Assembly (NCBI RefSeq): GCF_003918875.1
Contig: NW_025765059.1
Coordinates: 248,001-312,000, forward strand
DNA from: Haliotis rubra
Taxonomy: Eukaryota
Reading direction: 5' to 3'
Length of the DNA stretch: 64,000 bases
The translations under genes were made by a program, and so were the position numbers. This document shows positions 1 through 13,806 of the stretch, in pieces (position 1 is the first letter of the stretch; every line of letters starts with the position of its first letter). The notes beneath the pieces were generated by a model. It searched no databases and had not been told where the DNA came from. It saw only the letters and a program-made list of their open reading frames with translations.

Positions 1-298
1 ACCTTGGTTAGTGTTGGTAGTACTGGGATAGTGATGGAGGATTGACTGAAAACACCATATCAAGACTGACCGTATCACATAGTTGCTGAAACCAAATTGG
101 TTCTCAACAGAACACTTTCATATGACTGGGACAGTTTATCATGAAACCACTTTCAGTTACTTGACAGAGTGTACATGACATACAAACTGATAATCATCTT
201 GTGTGACTGTGTGATTTAGAATCATTACATCTGGCGATGGTTCATGATCTACTGTCTTATAAGGAAGGATGACAGACTGTCTGACGATGGTTACTGAT

Positions 299-630
299 GC
301 TGAAGGGGTCGTTGTCAGCACAGGTACTACAGATACGTATCCTAAACAAAGTCAAAATACAGAAATGTACCCGGTACCCTAAAAGGCGGACAAGTCCATA
401 TTCTGCAATCCCAAACCGAAACCACATGCAGTTGTTCCCGTTCAACTGATTCCGAGTGGTATTATGCATCACGAAATATCCGTTACTGTGTATTCTCATT
501 ACTTACATAATGCAATCAAATGTTTCTAATACAACAGTATGACAGTTCCAATCAAGAATACGACACAATGGGAATGGAATTCCCAGGGGTACATATCTGT
601 AGTACCCGTGCCGACGACGACCCCTTCAGC
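299..630. mobile_element. MITE, MULE-like
   Basis: ~43-bp imperfect TIRs (gctgaaggggtcgttgtcagcacaggtactacagata / tatctgtagtacccgtgccgacgacgaccccttcagc) flanked by a 9-bp near-duplication gttactgat (290-298) / gttactgac (631-639). Confidence 0.7.
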
Positions 631-842
631 GTTACTGACTGTCTGTCTAATGAAGAATTATGACTGACCATGTGATAAAGGTTGGTGACTGATAAAGATT
701 AAAGACTGACTGACTGATGAAGATGACTGATTCTCTGATGAAGGAAGCTGACTGTTTAATCCTTTACAAACGGCCATTGCTTGACTGGCTGGCTGACTGC
801 CTGCTTAGTGCCTGGTCCACTCTCCCTTCTCTCCTCTTTCAG

Positions 843-3800
843 CTGTTGCCCATTGCTGGAAATGCACAGGCAAAGATCGAGGATATGTCTCGCTTGTTGC
901 TCAACCATGTTAGTCAGATGCCCGGCAACAACCCAATGAAACAAGTCAAGACACTTCAAGCAACATTCTTGGTATAACACAGTCACTGTGTAGTAGAAGA
1001 CATTGTTGTCTGTAAATTGTTGTTCAGTTGGCGTCAAGTTCCAACTGCCTTGTTTACAGCCCTACATTGCTTCAGTTTTGTCTCAGTTTCCTATTGCAGA
1101 TGTTCTCTTCACCTCCCTCTGTTGCAGATGTTCTCTTCACCTCCCTCTGTTGCAGATGTTCTTGACACCTCCCTCTGTTGCAGCACTTCAACCTACTGCC
1201 ACTGCTTACTTACACGTTTCACTTTCTCACTTTTCCATTTGTTTGTGTTTTCGTAACCCATTGATTTAATCTGTTTGCTTTTGTATCTGGAACTAATTAC
1301 AAACTGTATTTAGTTCTACTGTATTCTAGAATATATTCAGTTTTAGATCACATAGTTTGAATCTCCAGGTGAGATAATCACTATAACTGTACTGCAATCT
1401 ATAAACTCTTCACTGAAAATATCTGCAGGGAAATGTTTTCTTGTTTTATCTAAACTTTCAGTTAATTCAATATTCTATAAATGTTCTCTTGCAATTAAGT
1501 CAAGGTCATCCTGTGACCTGGAAGAGGCTATTCTCTCCCCAGTGAACATATGTTTTTGTAAATAACTTCCAAAGTACTCCTTATGTTCCTTCCAAATGGA
1601 ATTATTTCAACATTCAGTGATTTCAACAGGGATCTCTTCGACATGTAATGCTAGTACCAATGTGTCCAGCTATAGATATTTCAACACTTTTGTTTGCCAT
1701 ATGAACATATCTGTAAGATCTATGAGAAAACAACAACTCATGTTTTCAATTTTTAATGTGTGAAAGAGAAAATTATCCATAAGTACTGTTCTGTTTTCTC
1801 ATAACCTTACTATTTGTGACAAGTACTATGAATAGTAAAGCATTTATCAATTCCAGTGTTTAAAATGCAGCTGCACTTTTCAGATATATGAGTCAGATGA
1901 AGTTTTCATTTAAATTGTCAAAACATCTTAAATTGAAGGAAACCTGTACTATTGTATTATTTTTGTACATAACCTGCACATGAAGGTCAATATGTCTGTT
2001 CTAACCTACACTTGTTTATGGCATCACAGGACATGTCTAAAGAAGCTGAGAAGAACTTGAGTCCGAAGCAGTGTGCCGTTCTGACATGGCCCTGGACACC
2101 ATAAAGCAGTATTACCATGCCAGCGGACAGGGACTGAAGAAGACATTCTTGGACAAGAGTCCAGAGTTACAGTCTCTGCGATATGCACTTTCACTGTACA
2201 CACAGACCACGGATACGCTCATTAAAACCTTTGTCAGCACACAGACGCAGCAAGGTGACTCCTGATGATGATGATGATGATGATGATGATGTTGATGATG
2301 ATGATGATGATATTTATATAGTGCACATATCCATGCAACTAGTACATGCTCAAGGCGCACACTACCCGTGAAGGTCCGGGTTAGAATATTGATCTTCAGT
2401 AACCCATGCTTGTCGTAAGAGGCGACTATCGGGATCGGGTGGTCAGGCTTGCTGACTTGGTTGACACATGTTATCGGTTCCCCATTTTGCAGATTGATGC
2501 TCATGCTGTTGATCACTGGATTGTCTGGTCCAGACTCGATTATTTACAGACCTCTGCCATATAGCTGGAATATTGCTGAGTGTGGCGTAAAACAAAACTC
2601 ACTCACTCACTCAAGGTGCACACCCCACATACAGATACAGTAGATGTGAAGACATTGTCAGTTTTGTTTGTATGATGTTCACATTTCTTAAAATACTTTA
2701 AGTTCTGGCTTTTCACCAATATGTCAGGTGTCACTTTCCATCTGTAATGCAGGGTTTGCTAAGCACCAGTAATGTGAGCTGTCACTCTTCACCAGTAAAA
2801 CATACAGAATTGCTGAAACACTGATTTGAATTATGCCCTCTATTTTGAATGGGTAATGTCAGAAAGAAAGCAAACATATGCACACAAGGGAAAATTTCCT
2901 GATTGTATTAGAAAAATAGCAGAATGTACCAGTATCCACTGTAATATACATGCAAGATTTGTGTCTGTATAATGCACAGTGAGGCCATGTACACATACAG
3001 GTGATGATACATACAATAGGTCTGTTTTTTATCTATTTTGAATTACCCTTGTGACCAGTATTCTTTAATAACTGTTTGTTTATCTTATTTAATCTTAATG
3101 TTGAGAAAAGGGACTCCTTGAAGTCAGCAACTCTGTGATCCTGATATAGATTATGTTTATGGGATTGAACTAATCAGCTGTCCACCAGTACTGCCAGTTG
3201 TACCTTGCCACTAGTAAGTGGAGAAGTACCAAGTGTCAGACAAGCCCCAGGCCTGTGTAGGACAAATTTCATATATATGTTTTGTTCTATGTTGTAGTGT
3301 CCTTCTCAGACCAGCCAGGTGTGGCAGATCCGGTGGGGGAGGTATCTGTCCAGGTTGACCTCTTCACTCATCCAGGGACGGGTGAACACAAGGTCACTGT
3401 GAAAGGTCAGTGATAAATAGAAGAGTGTTGCCGAAATACATTAATGTATTTGAATGTTTTACGACTAGTTACAAAGATAAGTTCTAAGTCAATCAGAAAG
3501 TCATGGCATACCTCTTGCATTTTAGTTGTAGCAGCCAATGATCTGAAATGGCAGACAACAGGAATGTTCCGGCCGTTTGTTGAAGTTCACCTTATTGGCC
3601 CACACCTCAGTGATAAGAAGCGGAAGCATTCAACCAAATCCAAGAGTAACAACTGGTCCCCCAAGTATAATGAAACCTTCCATTTGTAAGTATCATCAAG
3701 GTCACAACCTCTCATCATTAAATATCATGAAACACCCCATTTGTAAATGTTTCATGATCATGTCCTATGGTCAACCAAGTCTAGTGGAACTTTGAGTTTG

Positions 3801-5282
3801 TTATAAGTCTCAGGGTTGGTTAACCAAGTCTAGTGGAACTTTCAGTTTGTTATAAGTCTCAGGGTTGGTCAACCAAGTCTAGTGGAACTTTGAGTTTGTT
3901 ATAAGTCTCAGGGTTGGTTAACCAAGTCTAGTGGAACTTTGAGTTTGTTATAAGTCTCAGGGTTGGTCAACCAAGTCTAGTGGAACTTTGAGTTTGTTAT
4001 AAGTCTCAGGGTTGGTCAACCAAGTCTAGTGGAACTTTGAGTTTGTTATAAGTCTCAGGGTTGGTTAACCAAGTCTAGTGGAACTTTGAGTTTGTTATAA
4101 GTCTCAGGGTTGGTCAACCAAGTCTAGTGGAACTTTGAGTTTGTTATAAGTCTCAGGGTTGGGTCAACCAAGTCTAGTGGAACTTTGAGTTTGTTATAAG
4201 TCTCAGGGTTGGTTAACCAAGTCTAGTGGAACTTTGAGTTTGTTATAAGTCTCAGGGTTGGTTAACCAAGTCTAGTGGAACTTTGAGTTTGTTATAAGTC
4301 TCAGGGTTGGTTAACCAAGTCTAGTGGAACTTTGAGTTTGTTATAAGTCTCAGGGTTGGTTAACCAAGTCTAGTGGAACTTTCAGTTTGTTATAAGTCTA
4401 GTGGAAGTTTCAGTTTGTTATAATTCTCAGGGTTGGTTAACCAAGTCTAGTGGAACTTTCAGTTTGTTATAAGTCTAGTGGAAGTTTCAGTTTGTTATAA
4501 TTCTCAGGGTTGGTTAACCAAGTCTAGTGGAACTTTCAGTTTGTTATAAGTCTAGTGGAAGTTTCAGTTTGTTATAATTCTCAGGGTTGGTTAACCAAGT
4601 CTAGTGGAACTTTCAGTTTGTTATAAGTCTAGTGGAAGTTTCAATTTGTTATAATTCTCAGGGTTGGTTAACCAAGTCTAGTGGAACTTTCAGTTTGTTA
4701 TAAGTCTCAGGGTTGGTTAACCAAAGTATTGAAACTTTCAGTTTGTAATCAGTCTCAGGGTTGGTTAACCAAGTCTAGTGCAACTTTCAGTTTGTTATAA
4801 GTCTCAGGGTTGGTTAACCAAAGTATTGAAACTTTCAGTTTGTATTAAATGTCAGGTTCATATAAAACAAGTCTCCTGTGGTGTCACATAATGTAATGGG
4901 AGTTTCAGAGAAGGATAGATGTCCATAGTTAGAATGATAAGATGAAAATGGTATTGATAGTAGTAATTTATCAAATGAGTGTTTCATATTTTCCAGTATT
5001 CTTGGTAACGAAGATGAGCCTGATGCCTATGAGCTACACATATGTGTGAAGGACTACTGCTTTGCCCGAGAAGACCGACTGATTGGTGTTGCAGTGATGC
5101 AGTTGCGAGACATCGTGGAGCAGGGCAGTTGTGCCTGTTGGTGCTCGCTGGGACGACAGATGCAGTTGAATGAAACAGGATGGACAATATTGCGTATTCT
5201 CTCACAACGAACAAATGATGAAGTTGCGAAAGAGTTTGTGAAGCTAAAATCAGAATGTCGACACGCAGAAGAGATGACATGA
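843..5282 (+). CDS. unc-13: Unc-13 (Munc13) homolog, 3' part: end of MUN domain and C2C domain. Exons 843-971, 2030-2254, 3298(or 3310)-3405, 3526-3685, 4997-5282
   Basis: Spliced peptides [76 protein letters not shown]...[14 protein letters not shown] and [10 protein letters not shown]...[20 protein letters not shown] are hallmark Unc-13 C-terminal sequence. GT-AG sites are phase-consistent apart from one apparent 1-bp deletion at ~2083. The 843-971 exon is the least certain. Confidence 0.95.
1096..1185. repeat. 28-bp tandem repeat, ~3 copies
   Basis: gcagatgttctcttcacctccctctgtt repeated. Confidence 0.8.
2263..2312. repeat. (GAT)n microsatellite
   Basis: ~16 GAT units just downstream of an unc-13 splice donor. 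Confidence 0.95.
2365..2612 (+). mobile_element. SINE-like family A (~250 bp, no recognisable tRNA head, (ACTC)n tail)
   Basis: Similar copies at 13542-13806(-), 30035-30250(+) and 58244-58407(-). Starts acccgtgaaggtcc and ends gctggaatattgctgagtgtggcgtaaaac...actcactcactc. Confidence 0.8.
3770..4850. repeat. 49-bp minisatellite with 77-bp (49+28) higher-order units, last unc-13 intron
   Basis: Unit caagtctagtggaactttgagtttgttataagtctcagggttggttaac; alternating truncated units at ~4380-4680. Confidence 0.95.
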
Positions 5283-6389
5283 TACCCAATTTGCTCCAAT
5301 AGGTGAAGGTCATATCTAACTTGTAGTCCAAAGCCAAGGTCATATACATTGATTATGCTGAGAGATGTGAAGCCTGCTTCAACATCTGTGTAAGGTCACG
5401 GCCTGTCCTTGTATGCAAGCATGCAGTTAATATATACTAATGAAAGGCGTCAAGGAAAACATTGACAGGAATCTCCACTTTTGGCTTGTCTCTCTTCTTC
5501 ATCACTCATCCCTTCATGTGGTAGATGTAGACTGTAGAAGAACCAAGTGTAGACTGCCCCCCCCAGCCCTTCCGCGTCTGAATAGTGTCACTCACTGTGA
5601 TTGGCCATCCTGCATCTGACTAGTATCACTTGCTGTGATTGGTCCTCCTGCTTCTGACTAGTATCACTCATTGTGATTGGTTGTCTTGTTTCTGGTGGAC
5701 AACTGATGTTGCTCAGTGATATACCGAGCTTTGTTTCAACTGATGCTGTGAAGACGGCTGTGATTGGCCCAGCTATGTTTCAACTGACGCTGTGAAGACG
5801 GCTGTAAATTGACCCAGCTTTGTTTCAACTGACGCTGTGTCCTCCCTTGCTGTGATTGACCCAGCTGAATTATCCATCAGAGACCATGTGTACAGATGTG
5901 TAGGAATTCATCCTTTGTTGTATAAAGAGCGCCAGAATATTTCTGTACATACAATTTGTTTTTCTACAATACTGTAGATGATTGTAAATCTGTGTACAAA
6001 CTGGTTGTTTTTTAAGAGTTTTTTAGAAACAAATCATGCATGCATTTTAATTTGCCAAAGTAAGATTGAATTCCTTGAAGGTACTATATTTTTATGTGTA
6101 TGTATATGGAACTGTGAAATGTGCTTCCACCCCAGGGAGCTTGCGGAGATGATTGCCATACTTGCAGCAGTAGCAGAATCAACAACCAGTATCTTATACA
6201 CTTTGTATCTGTGATTGGTGATCAGAGAAATATTTTAATTATAGGTAGGTTTGCAATTTATAGATGGTTTTAAGCAAGATGGATACACATATCCAGGTCA
6301 GTTGTGATTTTTGCTTTGCAGTTACATTTACAAGGTAATGATGGAGACTTTGGTCATGATGTAACCATGGACCCATGTTTTAGATGCAA

Positions 6390-7500
6390 GTAAGGACCTT
6401 TATGTCAGATGTAACTAAAGACGTTTGTGTCGGATGTAACTAAAGACCTTTGTGTCAGATGTAACTAAGGACCTTTGTGTCAGATGTAACTAAGGACCTT
6501 TGAGTCAGATGTAACTAAAGACCTTTGTGTCAGATGTCAGATGTAACTAAGGACATTTTTTTGTAACAGATGTAACTAAAGACCTTTGTGTCAGATGTAA
6601 CTAAAGACCTTTGTGTCAGATGTAACTAAGGACCTTTGTGTCAGATGTAACTAAGGACCTTTGTGTCAGATGTAACTAAAGACCTTTGTGTCAGATGTAA
6701 CTAAAGACCTTTGTGTCAGATGTAACTAAGACCTTTGTGTCAGATGTAACTAAGACCTTTGTGTCAGATGTAACTAAGACCTTTGTGTCAGATGTAACTA
6801 AGGACCTTTATGTCAGATGTAACTAAAGACCTTTGTGTCAGATGTAACTAAGACCTTTATGTCAGATGTAACTAAGGACCTTTGTGTCAGATGTAACTAA
6901 GGACCTTTGTATCAGATGTAACTAAAGACCTTTGTCAGATGTAACTAAGACCTTTAGTGTCAGATGTAACTAGGGACATTTGTGTCAGATGTAACTAAGG
7001 ACCTTTGTGTCAGATGTAACTAAAGACCTTTGTGTCAGATGTAACTAAGGACCTTTGTGTCAGATGTAACTAAGGACCTTTGTGTCAGATGTAACTAAGG
7101 ACCTTTGTGTCAGATGTAACTAAAGACCTTTGTGTCAGATGTGTCAGATGTAACTAAGGACCTTTGTGTCAGATGTAACTAAGGACCCTTTGTGTCAGAT
7201 GTATCTAAGGACCTTTGTGTCAGATGTAACTAAGGACCTTTGTGTCAGATGTAACAGATGTGTCAGATGTAACTAAGGACCTTTGTGTCAGATGTAACTA
7301 AGGACGTTTGTGTCAGATGTAACTAAGGACCTTTGTGTCAGATCTAAGGACCTTTGTGTCAGATGTAACTAAGGACCTTTGTGTCAGATGTATCTAAGGA
7401 CCTTTGTGTCAGATGTAACTAAGGACCTTTGTGTCAGATGTATCTAAGGACCTTTGTGTCAGATGTAACTAAGGACCTTTGTGTCAGATGTAACTAAGAA
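6390..7500. repeat. 25-bp minisatellite
   Basis: Unit gatgtaactaaggacctttgtgtca, ~44 copies. Confidence 0.95.
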
Positions 7501-8309
7501 AACTTTGATAAGTAACTATCGCCTGCTTCATGTCAAATATTCGCTGAACTATTACAGAACATTGATACATCCCTTCTTTCAATGTCAGTAGGGTGAATTG
7601 AGTAAAAGTCCAACTGGTGACATCCATAACAACATACTTTGACATACGCAGCAAGTATGGCCTTAATCTCCTCAGTGAAGCTGGGCTCTGGTTGCCATGG
7701 TCACATTCACTTAGTGTAGTTGGTGGATTCGGTTGTGTTACAATGCTGTTGTAGATGAGTTCAGTTACATCTCATTCTACCAACATTCTGTGTTTTGTGG
7801 AACTTCAGTATGTTTGGACTGTGTGTCATGTAATATGTCGGGACAATGATGAATCATTTAGCACCAAGATTAGTTATATTGGGGACTGGCAATATTATTT
7901 TGTGATCAAACTTTGGACGTTTTAACAAATGCAAATGTTTAAATGACCCAAGGTTACAGATGTTTTTTGCATACATAATACATAAATTATATCCCAGCTT
8001 TCATCTGGAAATTCAGATGTGTTTTGTTACTAAAGTGTTTCCAAAGACTCCAAAGCCGTGTGTATCAGATGATTAGCCCCAGCTGAAACCTATGGAAACT
8101 CTGAAACCTAAATGGTATATATATCAGACTTGCCATTATAACTTCATTTGCCATAAGTTCTTGTCACAGTGTATTTGTAAAACATAATTGCTACGTGAGA
8201 CTATTAGAGAACAACAGTGCCCTCTCCTTCCCATGTACTGCCTAGTCTGACGAATAGACTGTAGATGCGTTACTTGGTAGGTGTGTGGTCCTTTGCAGTA
8301 GCCAGGTAG

Positions 8310-8985
8310 AGATAATGTGTACAACAGGCTCCAGATACCTTGTACAATGGTGTGCAGGTACCTTGTACAACAGGCTCCAGATACCTTGTACAATGGTGTG
8401 CAGGTACCTTGTACAACAGGCTCCAGATACCTTGTACAATGGTGTGCAGATACCGTGTACAACAGGCTCCAGATACCTTGTACGATGATGTGCTGATACC
8501 TTGTACAACAGCCTGCAGATACCTTGTACAACAGTCTGCAGATACCTTGTACAACAGGCTCCAGATACCTTGAACAATGGTGTGCAGATAATGTGTACAA
8601 CAGGCTCCAGATACCTTGTACAATGGTGTGCAGGTACCTTGTACAACAGCCTGCAGATACCTTGTACAACAGTCTGCAGATACCTTGTACAACAGTCTGC
8701 AGATACCTTGTACAACAGCCTGCAGATACCTTGTACAACAGCCTGCAGATATTTTGTACAACAGTCAAAAGATACCTTGTACAACAGTCTAAAGATACCT
8801 GTACCACTGTCTGCAGACATCTCTGGGTGTACCTGTACCACTGTCTGCAGACATCTCTGGGTGTACCTGTACCACTGTCTGCAGACATCTCTGGGTCTAC
8901 CTGTACCACTGTCTGCAGACATCTCAAGGTCTACCTGTACCACTGTCTGCAGACATCTCAAGGTCTACCTGTACCACTGTCTGTG
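8310..8985. repeat. 23/46-bp minisatellite grading into a 34-bp unit
   Basis: tgtacaacaggctccagatacct / tgtacaatggtgtgcaggtacct, then tgtaccactgtctgcagacatctctgggtgtacc. Confidence 0.95.
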
Positions 8986-9747
8986 ACCAGTTCTTCTGTC
9001 TGTGTGTGCAGCTGTCTGTAGCTCCTGGCTGTTTTCACTGACAGCCATTGAAACCTACTGTGACCACGATATATATAGATATATATATGTTATCTAGTTA
9101 TCTCTTGAAAACCTTTATCAGTGTTACAGTGTTTTTTTCAGTCTTAAATAGTTCAAACTAGCAGACAACATTAGTCCTGACTATTTGAGCCTGTCCCGAG
9201 GTGTGATGGCCTTATTTCCTCGTACAACACATGTCGGTGTGCATGAGAGCGTGTTGTGGTCTTGCAATGCAAGAGTTCAGTGTACAAAGGTTGTTTTCTA
9301 CCTGTCATGTTATTCACACATTGTTCCTCATGTGATATCCGTTACCATGACAACAGAAATGATGTGTTATTGACAGTTTTCACTTATCTTGGTTCCGAGT
9401 TTGGCAAGCATTATTAAGTAACACATAAAGTAAGTCTTGAAATCTACCCAGCTTCTTACTCACCGACACCATGGCTTTTCATAGGTAACCTGACAACCTA
9501 ACTCTGAAGCTAACAAGATAGAGCTTCAATCTAGGAGCTAAACAGGGATTTTTTCAATAGAATGCTTTTACAAATGTTACCAGTTGGAGGGGAAAGTATG
9601 AATGAATATGACATATTTAGGACAGTCATCTGCTGGAAACTGCAAATATGTTGTGCAAGGAATTTTGGTGACTTGTTACTGAACAGTTGTGGTGACATAT
9701 TGAAGTCAAATTGAAGATCAATTTCATGGAGTATTTTTCCTTATTAA

Positions 9748-10067
9748 GGCCAGACCAATCTTTTTTCTTGTTTTATGGATCTGCCGGTCATATTTTTGCA
9801 AGAATAAGAAGAAAAAGAAAAATTAATTTTCCCCGCTCAAAAAATAAAATGTTAATATATTGGCCAAAAATGTAAATGTGCAAGAAACTGTTTTTAGATT
9901 GTTTTTTGCCCCATATACACTTCATAAATTGCCAAAAGTAAAATACTTTTAGTATTTGAAAGGAATATTACTTTGACTGGTGATTTAAAAAAAAAAAAAA
10001 TTCCCTCTTGCCTTTAGGTTTTCTGAGGACAAAAATCTGTAAAACAAGAAATGAAATTGGTCTGGCC
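9748..10067. mobile_element. MITE, PIF/Harbinger-like
   Basis: TIRs ggccagaccaat...ttcttgtttta(t/c) at both ends; TAA on both sides as TSD. Confidence 0.75.
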
Positions 10068-13000
10068 TAAACTCAAAATAATTTTGCATGCATGGATGTT
10101 GGATAAACAAAACAAGTGTAAATTTGGATTAAATTTTCCCAGTTTTGAAGAACGTTATGTAAGGAGAACGAGTATCCATCAATACATAAAATGGCCTTAG
10201 AGAACAAAATGTGTGAGGAATATCCCTGAGACTGCTCTCCTTACAGAAATTCACTCGCTCTAGTGCTGGATGGTAGCATTTCTACAATAGCACAGTGTTA
10301 TTACATACCAGGCATAGCCTGTCAGTGTCACATTACGCAGCACTTTGGGAACCTATCTTATATCAACAAATGGATAAATTAGAAGTACACACCATTAATA
10401 CTTACTGCATCCATTTACACTTGAATTAACCTCCATGTTATAGATTCTCATTCAGTTAGGTTGATAATAGGACCATTTAGGAGTATAAGATTTATAATAA
10501 AAATATCTAATCAAAATACTATTAAGTCTTTCAAATGGTTTGTAGAGACAACAGTCAACAGTTGGATGAAGCAGGAGAAAGCTGACCATAACACTTCAGT
10601 TCTGTTGTTTTGTTTATAAACATATTATTGTTCAATAATGGTAAAACTCCATGTATGTTGTTATACTTTTTACAAACATATTTTACGATTGTTTTCAAAT
10701 CATGCATCCTCCCTGATCCCACAGCCTTCAAAATTCATGCAAGTCCGCAAGTCCGTATCTAGTAAATTATGCTGAAGACGAGAGAAATTCCATTGTATAG
10801 CCCCATTGACCATTAGCATCTGGGCACTGTAATACTGAAACAGTTTTTAACGCTTCCGTCAAATTGGAATTTTAAAAAACAAAGAAACTGGAAACACAGC
10901 AAACATTTTTCCTCCGACAGTGAGGGAAATCAGGCTTACGCTTATCATTTGGACTCAATGCGAAAAGTGAATTTCTAAGGCTGTCCCATGTTCATGTTTC
11001 ACAGTATCATGTTGGCTTCTTGTGTCACATTAAACATCAACTCCACAACCCTGTCCACTCATTTCTCACGCAACTGGTGGAGCTACCTCCTGTCTGAGGG
11101 TACAGTGTGTACCCAGCTCAATCTACTGGTCTCATCCTCATCACGTCCATCAAGGCTTTAGTCATCACATTATGGCTGTCACAGCTGGCAAACACAATAC
11201 ATCTTCAGGCACACACTGGTCAGCGTGGCGTTACTTTATAGGTTAACCAGTGGTCCTATTCTAGGATAGTAATTCATAGAACAGGTTGATCAATATGAGA
11301 TAAAAAATTCAATTATTTGGATTATACATGTATTCCCATGTTAGAAATATAGCGTCCTTGTTTAATCAGTGTGAGATTTCATGGACTTGGTATTTAAAAT
11401 TAAGGACAATGTGGTCGCACTTGTTTAAAACAGGCACCGCATCACTTGCTTACTGGGTTAATAGTCACTGCAGGTGCCCTGTATAGACCTGTTGACGGGT
11501 AGTGAAAAAAACAACAGGTGCTCTATATAGACAGGATCATTTTCAGTTGTTTACAGGAGTAGTAATAACAGGTGCCCTGTATAGACAGAATCATATCCAC
11601 CTGAGGTATAGGGGAAGTGGGTGCCCAGTCCCCACCACAGTTGACTGTGCTGTGCTGCGTCGGCAAAGAATGCAAGAAAGACGATCATGGGTGGGCTTGA
11701 AGATGGTCCAGTAACTGTCAGCATCCTTTCCATAGTGGGCGCAGTTATCACCAAAGTCCAAGACTTTCATCACACGTCTTTCAACCCACATCATGCTGAC
11801 ACATCATATGTAACTGAAATGCTTCAACCCCCGTTAAACGTGACTCTCTCACTGACATCATAGAGGGAATAGTGGTAACTGCAGGTGCCCTATGTACAGA
11901 GAGCCTCTTCAAGGAGTATAGTATTTACAACAGGTATTTCATCCTTCATATCATGCAATAGCCCTTACTGCATATATAATGGGAGCTGCTCCAAACAAGA
12001 CATTAATGGTAACTGTAGTGAGAAATATAATCAACAATTATTGGTCATGAGGGTAGGTGGACTATACCTCTTAGTTTCAGATTACATGGTCACATTCCAC
12101 GTGCAATTCTGTGCTCATCCTCTCGTCTGCCAGTGATGAGGCTGAACAGCACATTCACTCCATTGTTGATACCAATTTTGCTTCACATATTTACTTTATT
12201 AACTTCATTCATTACATGTTACCATTCCCTCACTCTATTTCACCCAGGAATCTGAATACCTCTTAGATACATACTGACATGTTGGTTCTAGTCAGGAGTT
12301 GTTATAGACAATGTATAGATTCCCAATATTTTGTCTTTAACCTTGGCATGTTTATCGTGGGTTACTACAGAATCTTCTCTCAACAGTGTTTCCCCTATTA
12401 TGTATATAAAGTATCAGGTAACGGTGTTGCTGTTGGTTTAGGTGGTACAAGACAGGATTTACTGATGCCAACAGCTCTTGTAACAGCCAGTCTGAGAACA
12501 CTTCATACCTATCTTTGTGGAAGCTGCAGTCTCCAGGCCGGGAATTCTTCATTACGACACAAATATCCAGTGATGGTGCTGTCTCCTGACTAGTGTCTCA
12601 AAATAAATTGTATGTTTTCAGCAGACATGTAGCAGAAATGGTGCTGTATACTTTGAATGGACCGACAATTTAGTATTCTGGCAGTGTTTGTAATTTGTTC
12701 TTCTGGTTTAAAAAAAATGTTAGAAACCATAATTTTCACAAGGGTTACGAATAAATAATATTGTTCATTGGATATGCTGAAATGGAAATCATGAAACCAT
12801 ACATTAAAAACTCCTCAGTCCCGCACTCTTTTCCTCTCCCAGTCCCTAGAACACTAAACGGTCGGATCCAAACAGGGTGGTCATCAGCAGAGTTGATGCA
12901 GTGTCTTCACACGTGTCATCAGCAGGGTATCCCTACCCTTCATGCTGTTATTGGACAAAGTAACAAACAAATGACAACTGTAAGGACCTCAACTGGCTTG

Positions 13001-13541
13001 TTAATCAGCTCATTCAGTAGTTTGTAAATAGAACAATTATATTATACATATAAATTCTAAATTACCTGATCCTGGAACTAATTGTTAGGGAAAAAGAGAG
13101 CCTTGAACAATTGTTTCATAAACCTGGAACAACTAGAAACTTATTCATATTGGAAAACCTTAGAAGGTAGATGAAACGATACACAGATTGTGTTAGTTTG
13201 TTAGTGTGTGTCCCCGGTGCCTACATGGTTGTGGATCACACTTGCTGCTGTTCCCATTGACTGTTTCACTTTATCTGTGACATCCTTCAGGATGACATGG
13301 ACAACATTAAACTTTGATATAATACCATCTGATGTGTCTAGTTTTATTTTAACAGGTTAAAGACAGTGAATACAAGTAATATTGAAGTTGTTGAATATGA
13401 ACTGCATCAAATGTCGCCATATTGTAGTTCAAACTTGCAGTCAAGTAGCTGCAAGACTGGAAATGGTTTCAAGAAATATGCACTCGCCCTTAACCCTGAG
13501 TATGGTTTATGTATATTGAATATAACAGACATTCGACAAAA

Positions 13542-13806
13542 AGAGTGAGTGAGTTTAGTTTCACGCCGCACTCCGCAATATTCCAGCTATATGGCGGCGG
13601 TCTGTAAATAATCGAGTCTGGACCAGACAATCCAGTGATCAACAGCATGAGCATCAATCTGCGCAATTGGGAACCGATGACGTGTCAACCAAGTCAGCGA
13701 GCCTGGCCACCCGATCCCGTCAGTCGCCACTTATGACAAGCATAGTCGCCTTTTGTGGCAAGCATGGGTTGCTGAAGACCTATTCTACCCCGGATCTTCA
13801 CAGGTA
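13542..13806 (-). mobile_element. SINE-like family A copy
   Basis: Reverse complement of 2365-2612. Confidence 0.85.

Noticed and set aside
2112-2516. Poly-His / poly-Asp ORFs
   Set aside because: Produced by the intronic (GAT)n microsatellite plus a SINE.
3770-7500. Regular repeats superficially like CRISPR arrays
   Set aside because: Head-to-tail units with no unique spacers, no cas genes, eukaryotic context.
8136-9021. Long Cys-rich ORFs on both strands
   Set aside because: Artefacts of a stop-poor 23/34-bp minisatellite; open in several frames at once.
11455-11900. Four spaced caggtgc(c/t)ct(g/a)tatagac-like motifs
   Set aside because: Degenerate local repeat with no ends, TSD or ORF that I can support.
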